64,000 nucleotides of DNA, taken from the IMG/VR virus record IMGVR_UViG_3300025030_000053, positions 41,767 to 105,766 of that record; one strand, written 5' to 3'. The notes below the pieces were generated by a model. The model made no database searches, was not told where the DNA came from, and was given only the letters and a program-made list of their open reading frames with translations. Numbering within the stretch: the stretch's first letter is position 1; each line of letters begins with the position of its first letter. Source of the stretch: a virus. A program made the translations under genes and the position numbers. Of the stretch, positions 9,598-18,017 are shown piece after piece.

Positions 9598-10741
9598 CTT
9601 CGTCTTTCGCCAGTGTCAATATCAAATATCTCCAATTGTCAGTTTCAAACATTACAAATAAATTCACAGATTGAATTCCAGATGGTGGTGTGATCAGACT
9701 AAATTTTACTTCCATCTCATCATATATTTTAATTCCTTCTATGATTCTGTGGAATGGGATAATTACTTTTAGATTTTCATCTTTCAATATTTCTACATCA
9801 TCACAATTGATGACATCTTCCACCGAAGTTTTAGATCCAACTGACTTGAATGCTAAATGATCTTTTTCCATAGAAAGCATCATTCTTTTCTTCAATCTAT
9901 CTTCACTTCGAGTCAAAGCATCAGAAAGAGAAAGTTTATCAGTTATTTCTTTCAATGATATTGTAGCAGATGCAACCACCTCATCTGTAAAAAATACATC
10001 AAGATTGGGGAATTTTTCTCCATCTGACTCTTGGGCGCCGACATATACAAAATTGTCTTCACTTGAAAACTCCATCAGTTTGTCATCGCATCTTATTTTG
10101 ACCTCGGCACCATAAGGCAACGACATAAGGTTGTCTAAACATTGTTTCGGAATGAAGCAAACAATCTCATCAAAATCACATTTGACATCAAAGTCTGTTT
10201 GAAACTTAGAAATTCTTCCAGTGTCTGTTGAATATGTTTTCAACGATTTGTTGTCAATTGACAATCTGACACTTGTGATTGGAGATTTGTTTTTTGATGG
10301 ATGAACCGAAAATGATGTTTTTTGAAGAGATTCAAGAAAATCAACAGAATTAATCTCCGCACCTTTTTCGCACATAGATGATGTATCTGGAATTTTTGGA
10401 CAATGAAGGTTGTATCTACTAAATGAATATCTCCCTTTTTCTCCAGAAATACCGCACACAATTTTATCATCTTTGACAACAAATAAAATTGTATCTGATC
10501 GTATATTAGAAATAAATGCCTGAATTTCATTATATGGCAAACACAGGATAATCTCATTGTCAGTTTTAGCTTTGTCTAGTGGATTAATCTGGCAAAAATT
10601 ATTTCCATCACTAGCTACGAACTTGACTTGTCCGTCAGCAGAGATTTGCATCCAAAATACCTTGCTTTCAGATGCCCCAACAATTTTAGCAAGAGCAGAT
10701 AAAGCCTCAGATATTGGGTCTTTTTCATAAGAGAATTTCAT
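9584..10741 (-). CDS. dnaN: DNA polymerase III beta sliding clamp
   Basis: 385 aa; FVASDG, KTSFSV, TYSTDTGRIS, FPNLD, YLIL at positions typical of beta clamps. Confidence 0.85.
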   Translation of the reverse strand: MKFSYEKDPISEALSALAKIVGASESKVFWMQISADGQVKFVASDGNNFCQINPLDKAKTDNEIILCLPYNEIQAFISNIRSDTILFVVKDDKIVCGISGEKGRYSFSRYNLHCPKIPDTSSMCEKGAEINSVDFLESLQKTSFSVHPSKNKSPITSVRLSIDNKSLKTYSTDTGRISKFQTDFDVKCDFDEIVCFIPKQCLDNLMSLPYGAEVKIRCDDKLMEFSSEDNFVYVGAQESDGEKFPNLDVFFTDEVVASATISLKEITDKLSLSDALTRSEDRLKKRMMLSMEKDHLAFKSVGSKTSVEDVINCDDVEILKDENLKVIIPFHRIIEGIKIYDEMEVKFSLITPPSGIQSVNLFVMFETDNWRYLILTLAKDEDESN

Positions 10742-10752
10742 TTCATTTTCCT

Positions 10753-11616
10753 TTATTGTCTTTTTTTAGAACGATATATAATCGTAGATATAGATGTCGG
10801 ATCAATTTCACTAAAAATTTTACTTGCTTTTTTTCTAATTCTTCCAAGACTATTATCAACACATTTTACGGATATTTCAAGTTTTTCTGCAATTTCTCTG
10901 TATGGGTCGCCACGGTCATACCCATCGAGCACCGCGCATTCCAATTGCGTCAATTCTGAGTCTAAAAAGTGTCTAATTTTATATTTTTCTTCATTTTCTA
11001 TAATCATTTGCAATGGATCCATATCAGAAGATTCTATTAGATCGCCAATAGTTTGAGAAGAATTTTCTTCCTGGCTGGATACTACTTGAACGTCAAGAGA
11101 TGTAGCAGTATTTAATGGAATAGATTTTTGTCTTTTTATAGACCTATCAAGTTGAGTTAATATTCCTCTTTTGACACATAATCTTATTGCGAAATTTTCA
11201 AACGAAATATTTTTGTCATATAAATAGTCTCTTGCCGCATTATATAATATTATTCTTGATTCCTGAAATAAATCTTCTTGATCTTTACCTTGAACATAAT
11301 ATTTTTTGCAGATAGATTTGATGTATTGCTCCATATATTTTATTAATTGATCAAATGAATCTTCATCATATCCTGATATAATTTTTTCTGATTTATATTT
11401 TCCAACTATTTTTGATACTACAAATTTATCTTTGTTGTTTGATTCTTCAAATCTGTGTTTGATATCGGAATCAATAATATATACTATTTTCCGTCCTGAT
11501 TTATATTCTACGCATAAAACATCATTGACTATTGAATATTTAGATATTCGAGATCCTTGTTTAATGTTTTCAACAAGTTTCAAAATTTTATCACTGGAAT
11601 ATTTGCGAAATGCCAT
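10753..11616 (-). CDS. sigH: RNA polymerase sigma factor, SigH/Spo0H-like, with N-terminal extension
   Basis: YYVQGKDQEDLFQE..LYNAARDY..SFENFA..LCVKR..RQKSIPLNTATSLD..LTQLE..YREIAEKL..KCVDNSLGRIRKK is collinear with Bacillus SigH. Confidence 0.88.
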   Translation of the reverse strand: MAFRKYSSDKILKLVENIKQGSRISKYSIVNDVLCVEYKSGRKIVYIIDSDIKHRFEESNNKDKFVVSKIVGKYKSEKIISGYDEDSFDQLIKYMEQYIKSICKKYYVQGKDQEDLFQESRIILYNAARDYLYDKNISFENFAIRLCVKRGILTQLDRSIKRQKSIPLNTATSLDVQVVSSQEENSSQTIGDLIESSDMDPLQMIIENEEKYKIRHFLDSELTQLECAVLDGYDRGDPYREIAEKLEISVKCVDNSLGRIRKKASKIFSEIDPTSISTIIYRSKKRQ

Positions 11617-12723
11617 TCAGTCCTCCAAAAATTCATCATCTCTCAAAGCTAATGAGAGATCTATCAAACCATTTGTGAGTACAAGATCCTTGGCAACATT
11701 TCTATAATTAATTGCCTCAAACAAGGATATAATAACCTTCGAAGCTTTGCGAATCCTCTTTTTCAAAGATTTTTGTGGAATATTTTTCAAAATCGATTCC
11801 ATTTTAGATATAGAAACTGGATCAACATCTAATTTTACCCCAGCGATGAACCGAATCAGATTCGACACATCCAAACTCAATTGTTTCAAAACTAAAATCA
11901 AATTTTTCCCTTGGGAATTCAGGATGTCGACAATGTTGATCAGATATTCTATATTCCCACTTGAAGCCCCTAAAAGAATGTCCAAACTCAAAGCCCTGGG
12001 TGTAATTTTCAAAATAGTTTCTACATTATCTACATTGATTTCGTCGCTGCATATCTGCTCCAACAACTTTATTGATTTTCTTGGAGAGCCATCAGAGACC
12101 ATCGCAATCATTTTCAATGCTTCTGCTGAATATTCAAAATTTTCTTGCTGACATATCTTTTCAAGATTTTCTGTCAATACTTCTTCGGAAACTCTGTCAA
12201 ATGACCACTCTTGAGCCCGGCAGGAAATTGTGTCAATGATCTTGTCTACCTCTGTTGTGCAAAGAATGAAAACTACATGATCTGGCGCTTCTTCGAGCGG
12301 TTTCAAAAGGGCATTTTGTCCTTGTGATGAAAGACAATGTGCCTCATCGAGCAGGAATACTCTGTACTTTCCCAATACTGGCATCAAATGATATTTTTCA
12401 TCAATCATTCTTCGTACATCATCAATTCCTGTTTTTTCTGCAACATTGATCTCTTCGACATCCATAGAAGTAGATTGTGCTATTCTCTTGCAGCTTTCGC
12501 ACGATCCGCAAGGCTCTTGATCATCTGATAAATTCTGACAATTCAAAGCCATCGCATATAGCCTCGCCAAAGACGTTTTACCAATTCCAGTCCAACCTGT
12601 GAATATCAATGTATTTGGAATTCTTTGATATTTGATTGAATTTTTCAATGCTTTGACAATGTGTGGTTGAAACATATCGTCAAATTTTTTAGGACGATAT
12701 TTCAAATCAAGTGGAACGTTCAA
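11617..12723 (-). CDS. dnaX: DNA polymerase III gamma/tau clamp-loader ATPase
   Basis: LKYRPKKFDD, Walker A GWTGIGKTS, PCGSCESC, LLDEAH, NALLKPLEE; TTG start. Confidence 0.93.
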   Translation of the reverse strand: MNVPLDLKYRPKKFDDMFQPHIVKALKNSIKYQRIPNTLIFTGWTGIGKTSLARLYAMALNCQNLSDDQEPCGSCESCKRIAQSTSMDVEEINVAEKTGIDDVRRMIDEKYHLMPVLGKYRVFLLDEAHCLSSQGQNALLKPLEEAPDHVVFILCTTEVDKIIDTISCRAQEWSFDRVSEEVLTENLEKICQQENFEYSAEALKMIAMVSDGSPRKSIKLLEQICSDEINVDNVETILKITPRALSLDILLGASSGNIEYLINIVDILNSQGKNLILVLKQLSLDVSNLIRFIAGVKLDVDPVSISKMESILKNIPQKSLKKRIRKASKVIISLFEAINYRNVAKDLVLTNGLIDLSLALRDDEFLED

Positions 12724-12734
12724 TTCATTTTCTC

Positions 12735-13025
12735 CTAATTAATCGGATGTTCGTGCATATATTTTGTAATTTTATAGGAATATTCTGGAATATCAAAAAT
12801 TAATTCTTCAGGTACTCCTATGTCTATCAATCCATCTTTGAAAGATTGATTTGCAGAATAATAATCATAATTATTTTTAGATATAAAATATTTAATTAAA
12901 TATATATCAATCAGGGATTCTCTTCCGGATTGTGTCGGAAGAGCATTAAGCACGACACTCTTCAAATCACTCATCATTTTCTCCTTTGATTCTCTTCTCT
13001 GGCAATGTCTTTGAATTCTTTCCAA
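12735..13025 (-). CDS. Hypothetical protein
   Basis: ORF in operon; true start probably about 12977 (RBS AAGGAG). Confidence 0.55.
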   Translation of the reverse strand: MERIQRHCQRRESKEKMMSDLKSVVLNALPTQSGRESLIDIYLIKYFISKNNYDYYSANQSFKDGLIDIGVPEELIFDIPEYSYKITKYMHEHPIN

Positions 13026-13159
13026 GCTCTATCACTCAATTCTGGCAGTTTTTCTTTGACTTTATTCAAAAATTTTTTTTCAGATGGGAGGGCTCCCCCG
13101 GCATATTTTACTGCTTGCAGCACACCAGATTCAAGTCCCCAGTCGAAATTCTCTTCCAT
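12974..13159 (-). CDS. Hypothetical protein
   Basis: 61 aa, RBS GGAGG. Confidence 0.6.
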   Translation of the reverse strand: MEENFDWGLESGVLQAVKYAGGALPSEKKFLNKVKEKLPELSDRAWKEFKDIAREENQRRK

Positions 13160-13191
13160 AATTGCCTCCGAATAGATATTCTACTCAATTA

Positions 13192-13671
13192 TTAAGGAAT
13201 TTTAAATGATGAAAATTTAGTCTCATTTCCGTCATTTTTGAAAATAACTATTGCCAAAGGTTGCGGTAATCCATGTGTGGCACTACAAAATTTAGGACGG
13301 CCTTCAATAAATCTTACTTCTGACGCCCTCATGCAATAATTATGCCACCATTTGGTATTTGTTCTGGATGGAATTAACATCACAACGACACAATCTAATC
13401 TTCTAGATTCATCATATGATTTTTTGACCCATTTCTGTAAAGAATGTTTTCCATAATTTCCATAAGGAGGATTCAACCATCCTATTCCAGCCCATGACTG
13501 CGACATCGCATCTTTCTTCTCGTCAAAAAATACTCCACATTTAGAATTATTTTCATCAGCAGCTAAATCTATATCAAATTTAAATTCTTGATCAAGAAGA
13601 AAATAAATATTATTAGGAGTTATCCAATCTTGTTTTTTACTATTGAATCTTCCATTTTTAAAGTCAGCCAT
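13192..13671 (-). CDS. Phage DNA N6-adenine methyltransferase (Dam, T1/HP1-like family)
   Basis: DWITP, FDIDLAA...NSKC, WLNPPY, MLIPSRTNTKWWH, RFIEGRPKF. Confidence 0.9.
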   Translation of the reverse strand: MADFKNGRFNSKKQDWITPNNIYFLLDQEFKFDIDLAADENNSKCGVFFDEKKDAMSQSWAGIGWLNPPYGNYGKHSLQKWVKKSYDESRRLDCVVVMLIPSRTNTKWWHNYCMRASEVRFIEGRPKFCSATHGLPQPLAIVIFKNDGNETKFSSFKIP

Positions 13672-14799
13672 TCAAATTCCTTTTCTTCCTGTTAATTTCT
13701 CTTGTTCCAATGATTTCTCAATTTTTATTTTCGCCTCATCAATCATTGGCTGGTTTCCCCAAATCCATCTAAAATTTTTGTAAATTTTACCAGAATTACA
13801 AGCTGATGTAATTCTGCCACATGCATTCGATGGTTTTAGTCCTATTTCTTGACCCGCATCTGTCATAGATTTATATTCTTTTTTATTTCCATTTTGATCT
13901 ATTCTTAGAACAGATTTTTTGTATTGATTTCTTAATTTATTAATACCAGGATTCATTGCAAAAAATGCTTTGCAATTTTCCTTTTGAGTCATCCATTCCA
14001 AGTTCTCTGCTCGATTGTCATATTTGATGTGATTGATGTGATTCACGACGAAATCTTCTGGATTGTCAATTGGGTGGAAGGCTTGACAAACGAGACGATG
14101 ACATTTTATTCTTAAATGTTTTTGAGAAAACATCATATATCCATTTTTACATTTAGACCCAAATGTTCTAGATAATTTTTTATTTTCATATCTTCCCATA
14201 TTAGATATTTTCCATATGTATTCTCTATAAAATATTTCTTTCCAAATTTCCCCATCTAAATCTTCATCAATTTTATATTTCCAAATAAATCCATATGCAG
14301 TTTTTTCTCGCCCACTAGCGGCGGCAGAAATTAAGGATACTGCACGTTTTGAATGTGGACGAACTGCCATCGTAGCCTCTTTAATAGAGGAATATTCTTT
14401 GATAAATATATAATGAAGATCATATTGCATGACACTTCTGATATATTTATCTTTTTTATTTTTAATACTTAATTGTGAATTTTCTCTTTTAGTAGTTATT
14501 TTTAAATTATAAAATTCACAATTACTTCTGTTAGAATCTATATGATGAATAACTAAATTATCATCTTTTATTTGTTCATCAGTATAATTTAAAAAATATT
14601 TTGCTACTAAAATATGTGTCTGTTTAAAATAATATTTTTTATCAGATCCGTATAGAGAATTTACTATATATCCTAATGAATTTTTGCTTTTGATATGAAT
14701 ATAATTATTGTTATTACTTCTTATATATCCATTATTAGAAATAGAATATTTCTCAAATGGATATTCCATATTTTTCCATTCTATTTTTTGCCCTTCCAT
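13672..14799 (-). mobile_element. Free-standing homing endonuclease with two tandem NUMOD4-HNH-NUMOD1 modules
   Basis: Start 14799 (RBS GGAGGA); [34 protein letters not shown] and [42 protein letters not shown]. Confidence 0.85.
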
Positions 14800-14971
14800 T
14801 AGAATCCTCCAAAAATCGTTCAATTTCGGAGATTCTATATCTGCGATGCCCACCAGCAGTTCTTAATGCTATAAATTTACCAGAATTATCCCATTTTAAT
14901 AATGTATCAGGATGTACCCCTAGTAATTTTGCTGCTTTGCTTACTGATATCAGTATTGAATCATTTTCCAT
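14753..14971 (-). CDS. MerR/excisionase-type HTH protein
   Basis: [24 protein letters not shown]...RTAGGHRRY, as in IS607 TnpA N-terminus; RBS GGAG. Confidence 0.85.
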   Translation of the reverse strand: MENDSILISVSKAAKLLGVHPDTLLKWDNSGKFIALRTAGGHRRYRISEIERFLEDSNGRAKNRMEKYGISI

Positions 14972-15029
14972 ACTTAATCTCCGTATATATTATACTATGA
15001 TTTTCAGAGAAATACCTACTTTTAATATT

Positions 15030-15329
15030 TTATATTAGAATCCCATCTACAACTTCTTGCCTATAAACTTCTAAATCTTCTATGCCGCCGGGAAAATCTC
15101 GATGAATCCTTGGTTCTGCAAGAGGGTCCTTGATAGTCATCATCAAACAAACATCTTTTGAGGGAGGATCTTCTGGTTTGTCGTATTGGGTTTTGATTTC
15201 TGCACCATTCTTCCAAGTTTGCACTACTGCTGTCTCCCACGCTTCAGGCAATGTATCTGCCACAACGTGTAGGACTGGCAACGTCAAACCAGGTACGCAA
15301 AAATATACTGCTTCATTTTTTGTTTTCAT
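15030..15329 (-). pseudogene. N-terminal fragment of an archaeal-type ThyA-family thymidylate synthase
   Basis: TLPEAWETAVV..TQYDKPEDPPSKD..PLAEPRIHRDFPGGIEDLEVYRQEVVDGI then stop; catalytic part not found in the window. Confidence 0.65.
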
Positions 15330-15666
15330 TGTATTTTTCTGTCAGCCAAATATCGTGTTCTTGGTCAAATTTTTTACATTTAATTTCATCAGCATATATA
15401 GTATGCATCAATGTATCTATAAATTCTGATGACATAAGATATTCTTTTAATTCTTCTTCTGTACTCAAATATTTAATATCCATAGATACTATCCAACTTT
15501 TACATTTTGGATCGTATTTGGCTATCGCCATTCCAGGAGCGATTCCACCAGTGAAATATTTATTAATCATTCTAACAATATATTCTCTGCACTTATATGG
15601 TTTATTGGTATCAACTAATTTATTATCTTTTCTGCTCGAAACTCTATATTCTTCAAATACATTCAT
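15313..15666 (-). CDS. Hypothetical protein
   Basis: 117 aa, RBS AGGAG. Confidence 0.6.
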   Translation of the reverse strand: MNVFEEYRVSSRKDNKLVDTNKPYKCREYIVRMINKYFTGGIAPGMAIAKYDPKCKSWIVSMDIKYLSTEEELKEYLMSSEFIDTLMHTIYADEIKCKKFDQEHDIWLTEKYNENKK

Positions 15667-15676
15667 TTCATTTCTC

Positions 15677-16195
15677 CTAATTCTGTTTCAAAAGTTTCAC
15701 TTTTGGCTGCTCTCTAATTTCCTCAACTTCTTCTTCCTCCTCAGTTTCCTGTCCTGGAAGAGCCATCTTTTCAGAAACCTCATCTGAAAGCAATTCTGGA
15801 AGAACATTCCCAATGTCTGCTTCTAATTCCCAATTCCATCCAAGCAACTCAAACACACAGGAATGCCCAACAATGTCTGGTTTTATTTTTGCTATTTGTA
15901 GCAATGATTCAAAAACTTTCCATTCTTTCTTCTGTTTTGACCAGGAATCCCATTTTTCATCCCACACTGCTAAACAAAACAACTTCTTGGTGTGTTTTTG
16001 CACCCATTGTTTGGAATTTTTGTCAATATACACATCTTGTGAATTTTTCGGTTTATTTCCAGCAATCAACGCACACCATATATCACTAGGATCCACATAT
16101 TCTTCACCCATAGAACTTCCATATTTTTGAGTGATTTCTTCAAGGATGTCAGCCATTTCAGTACATTCGTAAAATTGTCTTTGTTGTCGAGCCAT
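15677..16195 (-). CDS. Putative phage metallopeptidase-like protein lacking HExxH; acidic tail
   Basis: FCLAVWDEKWDSWSKQKKEWKVFESLLQI..KPDI resembles the phage metallopeptidase core with HELxH replaced. Confidence 0.45.
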   Translation of the reverse strand: MARQQRQFYECTEMADILEEITQKYGSSMGEEYVDPSDIWCALIAGNKPKNSQDVYIDKNSKQWVQKHTKKLFCLAVWDEKWDSWSKQKKEWKVFESLLQIAKIKPDIVGHSCVFELLGWNWELEADIGNVLPELLSDEVSEKMALPGQETEEEEEVEEIREQPKVKLLKQN

Positions 16196-16261
16196 TTCAT
16201 TTCCCTTTCGTCAATTCAAAATCTCAATGCTGTTATAGATTACTGGGGACTGATGGCAAAA

Positions 16262-17095
16262 TCAAGAGCGTTTTCTTGTTGGATCGCCAACCCGGATGTC
16301 GTGCTGTCCTCTGGCTTGCATGACTTTGTTCACGGATTTGAAAAATCTTTCAAAAATAGGTTTCAAAACATCTCTTTGCCATTCTTTAATTTTTTCATTT
16401 AATTCTAATAATCTTTTTTTCTCTGATTGTTCAACATATCTTCTACGAACCTGACCATGCTCTTGAAAAGTCTTTTTATAATCAGGACTCAATTCTGACA
16501 AGTCTAATAATCTTTTTTGCTGATCTGGACTCATTCTGATATGCTCTGCTGAACTTTCCTGAAGTTTCCTTAGCCTATCCAATTTGTCTTGGCGCCCCCG
16601 GAGTGGATACAAAGATGATTCTTCCTGTTGTCTTAGTACATCATCAATTGGTTTTTTCCATTTCCAAATCTGAGCAGTTTTCAAAAATTCATTGAAACTT
16701 GAAGATTCTTTATGAATCACTCGTTCCTTTGCAAAATCTATTGCCTTGTTCTTGTTATGAAGAATATTTCTTATTAATTTTGCATATATCTCTTTTTCAT
16801 TATTTCTTTCAGTTTTTTTAAACATTTCATAAAGTCTATCTGTGATAAATTTTAATTCTCTATTGAATTGTGATATTACAGCATCTAAATAAGACTCTGC
16901 TCCTTTTCCTTTGACACCACTGATCCCAGAAACACCAGAAATCCAATCTTGTCCACCAATATATCCCAGTCCTTCAAGTCCTTTTCTTTTCAACCTTTGA
17001 AATAAATTTTGAGCAATCTTTTCCATAAAATCATCAGATTGCTCAAAATTGGAATCAAAATCTAATTGTTCAGAAAATATTATATCTTTTTGCAT
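16262..17095 (-). CDS. Hypothetical protein with K-x-A motifs (putative virion cargo)
   Basis: Likely start 17095, just after AGGA-N17-TAAA (17108..17132); MEKIAQ, FLKTAQ. Confidence 0.55.
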   Translation of the reverse strand: MQKDIIFSEQLDFDSNFEQSDDFMEKIAQNLFQRLKRKGLEGLGYIGGQDWISGVSGISGVKGKGAESYLDAVISQFNRELKFITDRLYEMFKKTERNNEKEIYAKLIRNILHNKNKAIDFAKERVIHKESSSFNEFLKTAQIWKWKKPIDDVLRQQEESSLYPLRGRQDKLDRLRKLQESSAEHIRMSPDQQKRLLDLSELSPDYKKTFQEHGQVRRRYVEQSEKKRLLELNEKIKEWQRDVLKPIFERFFKSVNKVMQARGQHDIRVGDPTRKRS

Positions 17096-17136
17096 AGCAA
17101 CTAATATTTTATTTAAATCAAATAATATTCCTACAA

Positions 17137-17952
17137 TTAATCCAAAATTTTCCAAAGAATATCAACAGATTTAACCAGCAACAATCTGGCTACTTCTTCC
17201 CCAGCACTTATCTGCTGGGTTGTCGTCCCAGATCCTTTACCAAAATGATAGACATGTACAACCAATTCTTCATCATCACTGGACAGCACCAATTGTGGAG
17301 CGCTGACTATTGTAATGTTCTTGTCTTTTACAATACGTGGATTTGGTACTACCATTCCTACATATCCATCAGGAATTCTAACAGACAATCCGGTTGAGAC
17401 AACTGAAGAAACTCCAGGACGAAGCATCACATTAATCACAGATTTCAAAGAAACTACCCCAGAATCAATTTGCGGATAAACTGATAAAGGATCTAAAAGT
17501 AATATTTCACCAAAATGCTGACTTGAATCTGTTTTATTATCCAAAGATGCTTGTGATGGTTTAGTTTCTATTTCAACATTATTTTTTGTCATATTTATAT
17601 CCTCTCTGAGATACGCCTTTCCATATTTCTTTTCCCAATACGGTTTCAAAATTGCGGAAACTTTGCTCATGCGAAATTGAGTCAGTATGGCTACTGAAGC
17701 CATATCATGATCAAAACTTTCACCTTGGGAATGATCGTTAAAAACTTGCAGCATATTATGCTGATCAGTTTGTCTTATTTCTCTATCTCTTGATTTATAT
17801 ATTTCTTTACCACTATCATCTTTCTTGCGAAGATGGTATCTGACGCTCTCATCTGAGCCTAATTCGAAAAATTCTGCAATTTCTGAAATAGTTTTCTCTT
17901 GAACATAATATTTGATCAACAAATCAGATTTTTGTATTTTTGATTTTGACAT
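17137..17952 (-). CDS. HTH-like domain fused to a degenerate trimeric dUTPase fold
   Basis: LRPGVSSVVSTGLSVRIPDGYVGMVVP..ISAGEEVARLLL is dUTPase-like but RSG, GxIDxDY and motif V are absent; N-terminal KTISEIAEFF..SVRYHL. Confidence 0.65.
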   Translation of the reverse strand: MSKSKIQKSDLLIKYYVQEKTISEIAEFFELGSDESVRYHLRKKDDSGKEIYKSRDREIRQTDQHNMLQVFNDHSQGESFDHDMASVAILTQFRMSKVSAILKPYWEKKYGKAYLREDINMTKNNVEIETKPSQASLDNKTDSSQHFGEILLLDPLSVYPQIDSGVVSLKSVINVMLRPGVSSVVSTGLSVRIPDGYVGMVVPNPRIVKDKNITIVSAPQLVLSSDDEELVVHVYHFGKGSGTTTQQISAGEEVARLLLVKSVDILWKILD

Positions 17953-18017
17953 TTCATATCCTCCAGACTTAATTATATTATATAGAATATATGACTACTT
18001 TTACTATTTTGACTATT

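Noticed and set aside
14753-14971. IS607 element, or programmed frameshift fusing HTH to HNH
   Set aside because: No serine recombinase domain or TnpB; the HNH gene has its own GGAGGA SD and ATG at 14799
13672-15030. Group I intron interrupting the ThyA-like gene
   Set aside because: No downstream exon and no room for a ribozyme core; the HNH stop abuts the methylase start
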